A stretch of 63,958 nt of DNA, counting the filler, from Octopus bimaculoides (lineage: Eukaryota): NCBI RefSeq assembly GCF_001194135.2. It is 6 parts of 6 records of this genome, joined end to end, with 100 filler letters (N's around TTAATTAATTAA, not from the genome) between each part and the next. Parts side by side here need not be neighbours in the genome. Positions count along the whole stretch, not along the records: positions 1 to 9,283 come from NC_068984.1; positions 9,384 to 19,389 come from NC_068981.1; 4 more parts are not named here. One strand, given 5' to 3'. A program made the translations under genes and the position numbers. The notes under the pieces were generated by a model that was given only the letters and a program-made list of their open reading frames with translations, did no database searches and was not told the DNA's origin. How positions within the stretch are numbered: the first letter of the stretch is position 1; each line of letters opens with the position of its first letter. This document shows positions 1 through 10,996 of the stretch, piece by piece.

Positions 1-40
<40 letters not shown>

Positions 41-129
41 TTGGGATGCATGTCATTCAGTCATTCAATAAATTTAAAATGTATTAAATACTAGAAAACT
101 TATACATAGGACAGACACAGAAGGGCCCT

Positions 130-310
130 AATTCTTCATCAGTTATCAATTTTTGGGGTGGGGGCTAGTCAATTATATTAACTGCAGTACGTAACTGATA
201 CTTGGTTCATTGATCCCGAAAGGATGAAAGGCAAAGTCAACCTTGGTAGAATTTGAACACAGAATGTAAGGATGGATGAAATGCCACAATGCAGTTCGCC
301 TGGCATGTTT
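130..310 (-). mobile_element. Degraded SINE family A copy
   Basis: GATCCCGAAAGGATGAAAGGCAAAGTCAACC...GAATTTGAAC is the reverse complement of the family A core. Confidence 0.7.
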
Positions 311-324
311 CCATATGATATTAC

Positions 325-660
325 TTTATTGATACATCATACAATCTCTCTATTTACTACAGGTCTTCCATACATCACAACATTAACTCTCTACAGTCTC
401 TATTCACTACAGGTCTCCCATAAAACACACCATACAACCTGTTTGTTCACTACAGGTCTTCCATATAACATCACTTTACTGACACATAATAGTCTCTCTA
501 TATTAACTTCAGGTTTTTTAGTACAACATCATACCACTAATTCACCATACAGCCTCTCTATTTACTACAGGTCTTCCATACATCACACCACTAACTCACC
601 ATACAGTCTTTCTATTGACTACAGATCTTACATACATCACACTACTGACACTCCATACTG
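325..660. repeat. Diverged minisatellite, ~50-55-bp unit x ~6
   Basis: Recurrent CTCTATTTACTACAGGTCTTCCATACATCAC motif; explains the spurious ORF 272-676. Confidence 0.85.
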
Positions 661-887
661 TTCATTTTTTTTTTAAAGAAAAGAAAAAAATTATAATGTG
701 ATTTGGAATTATTTTTCCCTATTTTTCCCCCGTGAAAATTTGACAGAATGGAATGCCACAAAATATCAGCTCTGTGTCATTCATTGTTGGCTGAATAAAA
801 AGACAGATGAAGCTAATGTACACTTCCTGTGTATTTCAGAGCGATGCTTCTGATTCCATAGTCTTTGCAATGCTTATATTGGGGGTA

Positions 888-919
<32 letters not shown>

Positions 920-1559
920 AAACCTTCTATATTGATTCTTGTCAGCACTGACAAACATCAATATAATGATATGCCAGGAAATCAATCGATTTTTCCACAG
1001 AAACCATTCATTAGGAATTAAAACCATAAAAATGTTTAGTAGTTGAACAATAAACATATTTATTATTTACAAATCCATTATTCTCGTTCTCAATGAATCT
1101 TATTAATGGTAGTATAAAAGAAAAACATTAAAAAAAAAAAAAAAATCAAAAGTTCTCCTGCGTTCATATCGTTAGTGGTTGTTATTTGTTTGTAAATATT
1201 GCTAATTTGAAGTCTAATAATATTAACTGGGAATCTTTGAGAGAAATAAAATGATTTTTGTTTACATTTAGTATGAAATTCGATATTTTTGTTACTGCAT
1301 ATTAATAGTAACTAGTAGGACGCCAGGAAACTCCATGTTTTATAATAGTTCTTATTTCTGTTTTGATGTCTAAATTTACACAACTTCATAACATAATTTT
1401 ATTCTATTAAATATTTCTGATTGTCCTTCATTGTAGTTAAGGTTATTTAAAGTGTAACGCATGAACTTGTTTCATTATTTGAAATGTTTCAGATATGTAT
1501 TTGATTTTGTTTCTTAATTAAAAGTTGTTGCAAGTGTAATAACTGAACTTGTTTCATTT

Positions 1560-1780
1560 ATCATCATCAACATTTAATGTCCATGTTACATGCTAATATG
1601 GGTTGGATGGTTTGACAGGATCCAATGGGCACAAGGACTGCATCATGCTTCCAGTATTTACTTTGGTATGGTTTCTATGGTTGGATGCCTTTCCAACCAC
1701 TTTACAATGTGTTCTGAGTGTTTTTCATTGCCACCAGCACTAGTAAGGTCACCATGCAGCTTATAAAACTATAAACCCTG
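1560..1780 (-). mobile_element. Old copy of (GAT)n-tailed retroposon (family C)
   Basis: CATCATCAACATTTAATGTCCATG...GGGTTGGATGG...GGATGCCTTTCC is a CpG-decayed version of the 6459 and 20749 copies. Confidence 0.7.
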
Positions 1781-2998
1781 GGTCAGAACAGCTTTATGCT
1801 AGAAAGCAGTAAAAGTAGTGGACCTCCAAGGTACAATGTGGGTAGAAATAAGTAGGGCAAAGGGGTTAGGAGTTAGTTGGGGAGAAAGGGATATCTGGTA
1901 GAGTGGAGTGACCATGTGAAATATTTTAATTATGTCTTTCATTTTGTTCCATAGTTAAGGCTGTTTAAAGGGTAACATTGAAACTCATGCTGAAATATGA
2001 TTTAACTTGTAGCATGATATATAGATAGTAACTACACTGTTTGTAGTATTGTTTAAAAGTGTTCCAGTAACAATAATCTTGTCTTTTAGTCAAGAGTAGT
2101 GTACCTACAACCACATTGTCTGCAATATCCAATGTGTCCTTCTTCTTTTTAAAGACAGTGGAGAGTAATTTGAAAAAGATCTAACTGTTTGTTTCTAGCA
2201 GGTTGAGCAACCACTTGGAGATTCCTTTTGTCAAAAATGATCTGCTATTGGTTATCATGTAAACCAGTTCTACCAGTTTCTTTGTTGGGTTGTTGGCAAC
2301 TAAACTGGTGATGTCACCCATGGATCTCATCATGAGGTGTAGAGTGAATAGACACTCTAAAAGGACAAAAAAAGGTTTATACCTGTCTACAAGGGCAGAT
2401 AATCTCAACAAGGAATCAATGGTCATCTATCAACACCTACAAATGAACTTCATTGATATTTTTGTTAACATATATATATATGTTGAAATACTTTATATTT
2501 CTTTCAATTTATTTTGAAAATAATGAAGAATTTATCCAAACAACTTTGTCATTATTGAGCTGGTGTTTGGAGTATAAATTAACAGGAAATTTTAGATGGA
2601 AGGTTTTAATTTAGATCACAGAGAATTTGTATTATAAAACCTACTTGCAGTTTCAAATGGGTTGAGAGCAAAAGGGTTAAGGTTTTTGAGTGTAACATTG
2701 CTGACACCCTTGGCAACATCTGCACCTATTTGTCCTTCTCTGATGTATTGGCTCTGATTTTCCTCAGACTCAGGAAGACCAAATGAGAGATGCCCCTTGG
2801 TAAATGCTAAGAGTAAACTATATGGCTTAAATCTAGTTTTCCATTCCATTTTGCCACCCTCTTTTCCTGGAAGGGTTGTAGAGGTGAGTCCACAGGTGCC
2901 CCCTCTATAGAGTCCTATCAGAAGCAACTATCATTACACTTTCCCACTGGATTCTCAAGCTTGACCAACTGAAACCATGGACATTATACTACCATTTC

Positions 2999-3600
2999 GG
3001 ATCTTTTTTAAAACGGGGGCCACATTTTTCATTAACGAAACACTTTGAAACTTGGAACACTGGTAGAATGTGTCATATAAAACATCTTTTTCTCTTAGTC
3101 TTCTTAAAAAAAAAAGAAATCCATAAATTATTCCATGTTAAAGTTGTCGTATTTCTGTAATTTCAACCAATCACTGACGTCCATTCAGCCGATATACATT
3201 AAGCGCCGACTACATAAACAAACGATTCTGAAACAATTAACCCTAACCCTAACCCTAACTCTAACCCTAACCCTAACCCTAGGGTTAGGGTTAGGGTTAG
3301 GGTTAGAGTTAGGGTTAGGGTTAGGGTTAAAGCAAATTTAAAATGAAAAAAGCAAATAAAACGAAGAATCGTTTGTTTATGTAGTCGGCACTTAATGTAT
3401 ATCGGCTGAATGGACGTCAGTGATTGGTTGAAATTATCGAAATAAGATAATTTTTTACATGAAATAAATTCGAATACAAAAATATTTTTCTGTTCTATAA
3501 CACAAAATAGATAAGTGTACGAAGTTTGAAAGTCTTTCGGTACCAAAAACACTACGTAAAACATTAATGAAAAATGTGGCCCCCGTTTTAAAAAAGATCC
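2999..3600. mobile_element. Non-autonomous DNA transposon (Merlin-like MITE) with internal telomeric palindrome
   Basis: Perfect 37-bp TIRs GGATCTTTTTTAAAACGGGGGCCACATTTTTCATTAA (2999-3035 / 3564-3600), 8-bp TSD ACCATTTC (2991-2998 / 3601-3608), internal ~70-bp inverted repeat, central (CCCTAA)n(TTAGGG)n. GG termini plus an 8-bp TSD fit the Merlin/IS1016 superfamily (superfamily call is inference). Confidence 0.85.
3237..3330. repeat. Interstitial telomeric repeat palindrome (CCCTAA)n-(TTAGGG)n
   Basis: Read directly. Symmetry centre CT|AG at 3280/3281; both arms carry the same CTCTAA/TTAGAG variant three units from the outer end. Confidence 0.95.
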
Positions 3601-3972
3601 ACCATTTCACTCATGGTCTACTCCTAGGTTTCCAACTGGTTGGCTCAGCTTGAAGAATTTGTCTTGGGATTTTTCCCTGCAAGATTCTAATCACATGTCC
3701 ATGGAACCAGAGCTGTGAACTTTCAATGCAGAGAAGTAGTGGCTTGGCCATTAATCTTTAAATTAGACAGTTTGTCAAGTAATGTTATTTCAGAGATTCT
3801 TTGGAAGAATCTAATTTCAGCTACTTGTATTTGTGATCATACTCTATCAGTCCTCACTAATTTTCTTCCTCGTCACTTTGTTTGAAATGACAGATGTGCA
3901 TCATTTTAGTTGTTAACAGATGTAGACAGGAATTTGGTGTAATGGATAAGGCCTTACTAATACCATACTTTA

Positions 3973-4600
3973 CCTTGTTTGAATGCCTGACATGTGACTC
4001 CCCAAGAGATTGTTTTCTTGTGAACTGGTAGAAGGCAAGCGCTTGGCAAGGTAAACAGAAACAGTGCTTTAAGGCGGTGAGCTGGTAGAAATGTCAGCAT
4101 GCTGGGCGAAATGCTTAGCGGTATTTCGTCTGCCATTATGTTCTGAGTTCAAATTCCGCCAAGGTCGACTTTGCTTTTCATCCTTTCGGGGTCGATAAAT
4201 TAAGTACCAGTTACGCACTGGGGTCGATGTAATCGCCTTAATCCCTTTGTCTGTCCTTGTTTATCCCCTCTATGTTTATCCCCTTGTGGGCAATAAAGAA
4301 ATAAGAAACAGTGCTTCAAGGACACACTCAAAGTCTCACTGAAGAGTTTTGAGATCAACCCTGACTCCTGAAAAATGCAAGTACAAGACTGCCCAACCTG
4401 GCAAAGCTGCATCAACTGAGGTGCCACCTACTACAAGCAATAGGATTGTAGGGGCACAAAGAAAATGTGAACTATGCAAGTTCAGAGTCAGCTCCTTGCC
4501 TTCAGTTCCAACAGACCACCAGTGTCTGACCCGCAGCAGAACCTTCCAAGCACGCATCGGACTGACTGGCCACAGCTGGACATGTCATGTCCCACCTTCT
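3973..4600 (+). pseudogene. RTE-clade LINE 3' relic, interrupted by a SINE
   Basis: Reads ..MPD.*LPKRLF..ELVEGKR..KQKQCFKDTLKVSLKSFEINPDS* and later DHQCLTRSRTFQARIGLTGHSWT, resembling the RTE terminal CxxCxRxFRARIGLxSH motif. Confidence 0.75.
4074..4303 (+). mobile_element. Full-length tRNA-derived SINE (family A, Deu/Nin-like central domain) with TSD
   Basis: GAGTTCAAATTCC B-box-like motif, core CTTTCATCCTTTCGGGGTCGATAAATTAAGTACCAG, 17-bp TSD AGAAACAGTGCTT(T/C)AAG at 4057-4073 and 4304-4320. Confidence 0.85.
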
Positions 4601-5119
4601 CCTATGTGATTTCTTTGGTTATTGTCAACAACAACAGACAAACTAATAAAATAACACCTTACCAGGCAAGAGACAAATATAAAGTGTGAATTGAACCTCT
4701 GTAGAGCTAATCTCAGCTAGAGTTATAGTCAAGCTCTTGTGTTGATAATAAACATGTCACACAGACATTAATCTTCAATATATTTACGATCTACCTAGAA
4801 TCAGTTCAGGATCAGCAGTATATCATAATAACAAATGATCTTTATGTGTCATAATGATTCAATTATTGTGACAGTTGTTGCTGCTGCTGTTTTTACTTTA
4901 TAACTGTTGTTGATGGCTAGTGCCAGTGATCTCTCTATTTAGCCAGATTTATGGCACAAAAACAGGCATTCGATCCTTTGGGGCTTGGTGGACATTAATC
5001 TGGTCTTTTGTCTTTCTCTTTCTGCTATATATCAATATACACTTGCAAAAAAACACACACATATCTAGGTATGTATGTTATATGCATCTGTGTGTGTGTG
5101 TGTATAAATCTTCAAGAAA

Positions 5120-5505
5120 AAGGTGCAGGCTTGGCTGTGTGATAAAGATGCTCTCATTGCAACCTCATGGTTTTGAGTTCAATCCTACTGTACAGCCTTT
5201 TGAACAAGCATCTCCTACTATAGCTCCAGATTGACCAATGCCTTGTGAGTGAATTTGGTAGACTGAAACTGTGAGGAAGCCTGTCTTATGTGCTTGTGTG
5301 TGTCTTTGTGTTTGTCCTCCACCACTACTTGACAACTGGTGCTGGTTTGTTTATGTCCCCATAACTTAGCAGTTTCACAAAATAGACTGACAGAATAAGC
5401 ACCAGACGTAAAAATGAATAAACAATGGGATCATTTTGCTTGACTAAACCCTTCAAGACAGCAGTGGCCCAGGATGGCCATAGTACTATGATTGAAACAA
5501 GTGAA
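5120..5505 (+). mobile_element. CORE-type tRNA SINE (family B) copy
   Basis: GGCTGTGTGATAAAG...GAGTTCAATCC head, GCCTTGTGAGTGAATTTGGTAGACTGAAACTG core, internal TG tract, 3' GGCCCAGGATGGCC...GAAACAAGT. Confidence 0.75.
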
Positions 5506-5879
5506 AGAAGACAGATACATGCATACATATGTATGCATGTATGTATGTATGTATGTATGTATCTGTGTGTATGTATGTATGTGTGTGTGTATGTGTGCAT
5601 GCAGAGTTGTATGTTTTGTTTTATGTATGTATTCTCATGCATATAGTTGCATATCTAGACATGCTAATATGTATTTAAAGGATTATGTATGTAAGTATGT
5701 ATCTATGTATGTATGTATATTCTTTTGTAAAATCTAGAATCTAATACATGTATTATAGCAAAGTGAAAACCTTTGATTAGCTGAGATTATTCCTGCAATT
5801 AGAAGAGGATAACTTCCTCTAAGCATGTTCAGAATCTAAAACCATCAAGCCAGAGATTATTCCATTAACATCAATTATA

Positions 5880-5985
5880 GGTGCAGGCATGCTGAGTGGT
5901 ATTGGTCAAGTGTCTTCTACTATAGCCATGGGTAGAGCAAAGCGTTGTGAATGGATTTGGTAGATGGAAACTGAAAGAAGCCTGT

Positions 5986-6023
<38 letters not shown>

Positions 6024-6250
6024 ATTGTGTCTATGTTCTCCCCTCCCACAGCTTGACAACAGATGTTGGTATGTTTACATCCCCATAAATTAGCAGCTCA
6101 GCAAAAGAGTCCAACGGAATAAGTACCAGACTTAACAAAAAAAAAAAAGAAAAAAAGAAATGCTGGGGTCGATTAGACTAAAATTCTTCAAGGTGGTGCC
6201 CCAGCATGGCCACAGTCTAATGACAACAACAAGTAAAAGACAAAAGATAA
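5880..6250 (+). mobile_element. SINE family B copy
   Basis: Same architecture as 5120-5505, with (TG)n centre and GGTGGTGCCCCAGCATGGCC 3' part. Confidence 0.75.
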
Positions 6251-6458
6251 CTCAAATTTCTAGAAAATGCAAATAAAGCAGTTAGGAGTCCTTCAACCAA
6301 TGAAACTTCAACAACAAGGTTCATTCCAAACAACTTTACCTTTATTTCCAAAAATTCGGATTAACACTTTAGCATTCACATTACTCTGTCGAAGGTAATA
6401 GTATTTATCCACATCATTTTCAATTAATCATGTCTTGCAGCTTGGAGATCATAACAAT

Positions 6459-6714
6459 CATCATCATCATTTCACGTCCGCTTTCCATGCTAGCATGGGT
6501 TGGACGATTTGACTGACGACTGGCGAACCAGATGGCTACACCAGGCTCCAATCTGATTTGGCAGAGTTTCTACAGCTGGATGCCCTTCCTAACGCCAACC
6601 TTTTCGAGAGTGTAGTGGGTGCTTTTACATGCCACCGGCACGAAGGCCAGTCAGGCGGTACTGGCAACAGCCACGCTCAAAATGGTGTATTTTACGTGTC
6701 ATCTGCACAGGAGC
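6459..6714 (-). mobile_element. Family C retroposon, truncated by gap
   Basis: CATCATCATCATTTCACGTCCGCTTTCCATGCTAGCATGGGTTGGACG...CAGCTGGATGCCCTTCCTAACGCCAACC. Confidence 0.85.
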
Positions 6715-7254
6715 NNNNNNNNNNNNNNNNNNNNNNNNNNNNNNNNNNNNNNNNNNNNNNNNNNNNNNNNNNNNNNNNNNNNNNNNNNNNNNNNNNNNNN
6801 NNNNNNNNNNNNNNNNNNNNNNNNNNNNNNNNNNNNNNNNNNNNNNNNNNNNNNNNNNNNNNNNNNNNNNNNNNNNNNNNNNNNNNNNNNNNNNNNNNNN
6901 NNNNNNNNNNNNNNNNNNNNNNNNNNNNNNNNNNNNNNNNNNNNNNNNNNNNNNNNNNNNNNNNNNNNNNNNNNNNNNNNNNNNNNNNNNNNNNNNNNNN
7001 NNNNNNNNNNNNNNNNNNNNNNNNNNNNNNNNNNNNNNNNNNNNNNNNNNNNNNNNNNNNNNNNNNNNNNNNNNNNNNNNNNNNNNNNNNNNNNNNNNNN
7101 NNNNNNNNNNNNNNNNNNNNNNNNNNNNNNNNNNNNNNNNNNNNNNNNNNNNNNNNNNNNNNNNNNNNNNNNNNNNNNNNNNNNNNNNNNNNNNNNNNNN
7201 NNNNNNNNNNNNNNNNNNNNNNNNNNNNNNNNNNNNNNNTATATATATATATAT

Positions 7255-7420
7255 ATTTGATGGGATTCTTTCGGTTTCCATCTACCAGATCCACTCACAA
7301 GGCTTTGGTTAGCCCAAGGCTATAGCAAAAGATACTTGCCCAAGATGCCATGCAGTAGGACTGAACCTGGAACCATGTGATAGGGAAGCATGCTTCTTAC
7401 CACACAGCCACACCTGCACC
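7255..7420 (-). mobile_element. SINE family B 5' half
   Basis: TTTCCATCTACCAGATCCACTCACAAGGCTTTGG...GGACTGAACCTGGAACCATGTG. Confidence 0.8.
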
Positions 7421-8580
7421 TATATGTTCATTTATTTTTAGAATGACATTGTAGGATAGGTGTGAGAGGGCAGATCTGGCTGCTTTGAACATATAGCAGG
7501 CAGAATATTTGGGCTAGATATAGCCAGCTTAAACACTAAAGGGTTAACTGACATTATGTGAGTCACCCATTATAATATCAGTGCTTTTTTTGTTTTCGTT
7601 TTAGTTATTTAGTCATGGGCTTTGTTGATGATTCTACCTGTACCAAAATTCGACAACCAGAATGTAATACAAGAAATCAGGCTGCCATTGGAGCTAGCTC
7701 TAATGAAGCCATAATGATGGCTACTGTGATGGGAAAGAGACTCAGTGCGATGATAAAAAAAATGATTGTTTATAACAGCTGCCATCGTTTTTAAGATATT
7801 CTAAGAGAGAGCAATAGATCAATAGTTGAAAGAGTTAGATAGGTTATTAGGTGAGGCAGGCCAGCTACAGCTGTCTTGAATATGGGACAGAACTTGAACT
7901 ATGATACCTTTAAACAGCAGGCCGACATTTTATCAACTCAGCAACTCAGAAAGCAATAATCCTTATTGAAAGCTTATGCAATAACGTGAAAATGTCATTT
8001 ACTTATAATTAGTTAATTATTGATTGTAATTGGATGACTTTAAGCACTCAGTCTTGTCTGCATGCAAACATACGCATACATACTTAAACACACATACATA
8101 TAAACATACAAACATGCACACACGCACGCACACACACACACACACACATATATATATACATAGAAACACACATATGTACACACACATACACGTGTACATC
8201 CATATATACATAGAATTATTTAAAACAGAGTCCTTTTAGAATTGTTCTTCCTATGCTTTTTGAGTACATTCAGTGTGTGTAAACNNNNNNNNNNNNNNNN
8301 NNNNNNNNNNNNNNNNNNNNNNNNNNNNNNNNNNNNNNNNNNNNNNNNNNNNNNNNNNNNNNNNNNNNNNNNNNNNNNNNNNNNNNNNNNNNNNNNNNNN
8401 NNNNNNNNNNNNNNNNNNNNNNNNNNNNNNNNNNNNNNNNNNNNNNNNNNNNNNNNNNNNNNNNNNNNNNNNNNNNNNNNNNNNNNNNNNNNNNNNNNNN
8501 NNNNNNNNNNNNNNNNNNNNNNNNNNNNNNNNNNNNNNNNNNNNNNNNNNNNNNNNNNNNNNNNNNNNNNNNNNNNNNNN

Positions 8581-8950
8581 ACGTAAAAGCACCTACTACA
8601 CTCTCTGAGTGGTTGGCGTTAGGAAGGGCATCCAGCTGTAGAAACTCTGCCAAATTTAGATTGGAGCCTGGTGTTGCCATCCGGTTTCACCAGTCCTCAG
8701 TCAAGTCGTCCAACCCATGCTAGCATGGAAAGCAGACGTTAAACGATGATGATGATGATGATGATGATGATATAATCATCATCATCATTTAATGTCCATT
8801 GTCCAAGCTGGCATGGGTTGGAAAGTTTAACCAGAGCTGGCAAGCTGTGGGTCTGTACCAAACTCCGGTCTGATTCGGCATGGTTTCTACAGCTGAATGT
8901 CCTTCCTAATGCCAACCACCTTACAGAGTGTGGTGAGTGCTTTTATCTTG
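8581..8950. mobile_element. Two tail-to-tail family C copies
   Basis: Plus-strand copy ending in (GAT)n at ~8770, followed by a minus-strand copy starting with (CAT)n. Confidence 0.75.
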
Positions 8951-9283
8951 CAAGTAACTTGGTCTGAGATTGAATGTTGGAACTGAATCAGTTTCATCAT
9001 CAAAGAGCCATTTTAACCATAGAAAAAACAACAGTAAAGTTGTTAAATTCACTTTTCAGTTACACTTATTTCTCGAGGTGTTAAACTTTTCAATTGCACA
9101 ACTGTGTCCTGGTCACTGTAAACTATATCAAATTCTGTGTGGTTTTAGATGCAAAAATGTTTTTGTCCAAAATAGAGAATATTTATTTAATAATTTTCTA
9201 ACATGCTTTTTCTTTTTGTTTCTTTGTAGGTGAGTGTCATTTTTATTATTGAAAGGTGTACACTAGCTACAGGTAAGATATAA

Positions 9284-9383
9284 NNNNNNNNNNNNNNNNN
9301 NNNNNNNNNNNNNNNNNNNNNNNNNNNTTAATTAATTAANNNNNNNNNNNNNNNNNNNNNNNNNNNNNNNNNNNNNNNNNNNN
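9284..9383. other. Assembly spacer 44N-TTAATTAATTAA-44N (also 19390-19489, 27853-27952, 55694-55793, 62222-62321)
   Basis: Identical 100-bp construct occurs five times; the 12-mer has stop codons in all six frames. Confidence 0.95.
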
Positions 9384-9635
9384 TATATATATATATATGC
9401 TTATAGTGACCAAATATATGCAAACTGTTTGTTAAGAGCAGTACTTTTATAAAGTTATTATTGTTTGTACATAATTAAATATGAAACAGTACATCAGAGA
9501 ATATGTTTGAAAGGTAAGTTTACATTTCGTAATTACTACATTAAATAGCAAGTCAAATTTAAATAGAAAATATACTGGCAAATTTAAAACAACTTTTCAG
9601 GCTTATGACATATAACTACTAAAAATATTGCTTAC

Positions 9636-9665
9636 CTCCGCGCACTATTGTTTCTCTTATCGTTT
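9636..9665 (-). CDS. Micro-exon E9 (30 nt, class beta): (E)TIRETIVRG
   Basis: gagctaattattaatttggttgaattcacag|AAACGATAAGAGAAACAATAGTGCGCGGAG|gtaagc. CTAAT branch-like motif upstream, 30 nt, open. Confidence 0.8.
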
Positions 9666-9734
9666 CTGTGAATTCAACCAAATTAATAATTAGCTCTTAA
9701 TTTAACATGTTTTGTAAGATTAAATAATTAAATA

Positions 9735-10033
9735 TTGGGGCGAGTCAAAGGTTTTGCAATATTTGCATACTTGTCATATTGTGGAGTGTAAATCACGTGA
9801 CTGAAGCAGTCCAAGCCATTGAGGATACTCGCTGAGTATTGCTTCACTCAGTATGTGATTTGAAAGCGCACAGACGAACGTACAATGTAGTCGAATTTGC
9901 GAAGAATTCGAACTAGGCTATAACGACGCAGAAAAAAACAAAAACAGTTGTCGTGCGAGTGGCGAAGGTGCAGTTGTCGAATAAAGCAAATAAGTTACCA
10001 AGATATTGCAAAAAAACTTTTGACTCAACACAA
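9735..10033. mobile_element. Tc1/mariner-type MITE (degenerate)
   Basis: TA|TTGGGGCGAGTCAAAGGTTTTGCAATATT ... AGATATTGCAAAAAAACTTTTGACTCAACACAA|TA. Imperfect ~30-bp TIRs with TA TSD. Confidence 0.7.
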
Positions 10034-10246
10034 TAATTACACTCTATTGTCTTTATATAAGCAAACCATTATTTCCGGAAGGAAGAAAGAATAATTTAAA
10101 TTGCAAATAAAATCCAGAAATAATATTGTAAACATGTTTATTTAAAATAAATATTTGTGTAAGAGATACGATGTATTTGTATCAATAGTATTGTGAGGCA
10201 AATAATCCGAATTAATTGTAAAATTGAGGTTTATAAGTAAACTCAC

Positions 10247-10270
10247 CAATCGTTTCAGCGTACGGTCGAT
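10247..10270 (-). CDS. Micro-exon E8 (24 nt, class alpha-like): (D)RPYAETI
   Basis: ggtttttgatttccatctag|ATCGACCGTACGCTGAAACGATTG|gtgagt. Multiple of 3, phase 1-1, 343 bp from E7 like the other beta-alpha pairs. Confidence 0.7.
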
Positions 10271-10613
10271 CTAGATGGAAATCAAAAACCGTTGTATATA
10301 TTTTTATATAGCTAATTTTACACGTTTCAGCATTTAACAATTCAATTAATATACGAAATATTCTTTGAATTTTATATACTTAGAAATATTGCAAGAGAAA
10401 TACGTGACTATAGATGTGATTAACGCAAAGGAGAATGGATTAAGTTGTTTATTACGCGTATTCTTTGAATAAGATGATGGAATAATAAATAAAAGCGTTG
10501 AATATAATTTATTGCGATACTACCTAATCAAAATAATTGAGAATTAGTAAGCTCCTTACAAGCAGAAATGTGTGATATACATTAAATTTCCAACAACTTT
10601 ATCAAATGCTTAC

Positions 10614-10643
10614 CTATCCAATACTCTGGCTCTGTTATAGTTT
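10614..10643 (-). CDS. Micro-exon E7 (30 nt, class beta): (E)TITEPEYWI
   Basis: ttggttaatttaacag|AAACTATAACAGAGCCAGAGTATTGGATAG|gtaagc. Flanks resemble those of E3/E5/E9. Confidence 0.8.
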
Positions 10644-10919
10644 CTGTTAAATTAACCAAATATTCAATTAAACGATTTTGAAATAAGTATCAAATTAATA
10701 CATCACTAAATTTCAGAAAAGATTGTAGTTTGTATTTGAGATCAGATGTATAAGATACGAATAATTTATCTGGTACAATAAAGATTTGTATCAACTTAAA
10801 TCAGTACAAGATGTTTTGTAAAAGATATAGGATAATGAAGTTTATATCTACATACATCATACATATATCTACATCTCACACACATACAACCATGTGTGTA
10901 TGTATGTGTGTGTCTGTGT

Positions 10920-10986
<67 letters not shown>

Positions 10987-10996
10987 CGTGTGTGTA

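Larger units (their letters stand above)
2835..3756 (-). pseudogene. RTE-clade LINE ORF C-terminal relic, interrupted by the 2999-3600 MITE
   Basis: With the MITE removed, the minus strand reads PLLLCIESSQLWFHGHVIRILQGKIPRQILQAEPTSWKPRSRP*VKW*YNVHG, matching the RTE C-terminal pattern QLRWxGHVxR...RPRGRPRxRW. Confidence 0.75.

Noticed and set aside
2181-2426. Minus-strand ORF following a ttttag acceptor
   Set aside because: No recognisable homology, no supporting neighbouring exons and ambiguous donors.
3237-3330. Chromosome end-to-end fusion scar
   Set aside because: The orientation is (CCCTAA)n(TTAGGG)n, opposite to a fusion, and it lies inside a TIR/TSD-bounded element.
4657-4700. 36-nt minus-strand segment between AG and GTAAGG
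   Set aside because: Poor pyrimidine tract, different assembly segment, and no similarity to the micro-exon classes.
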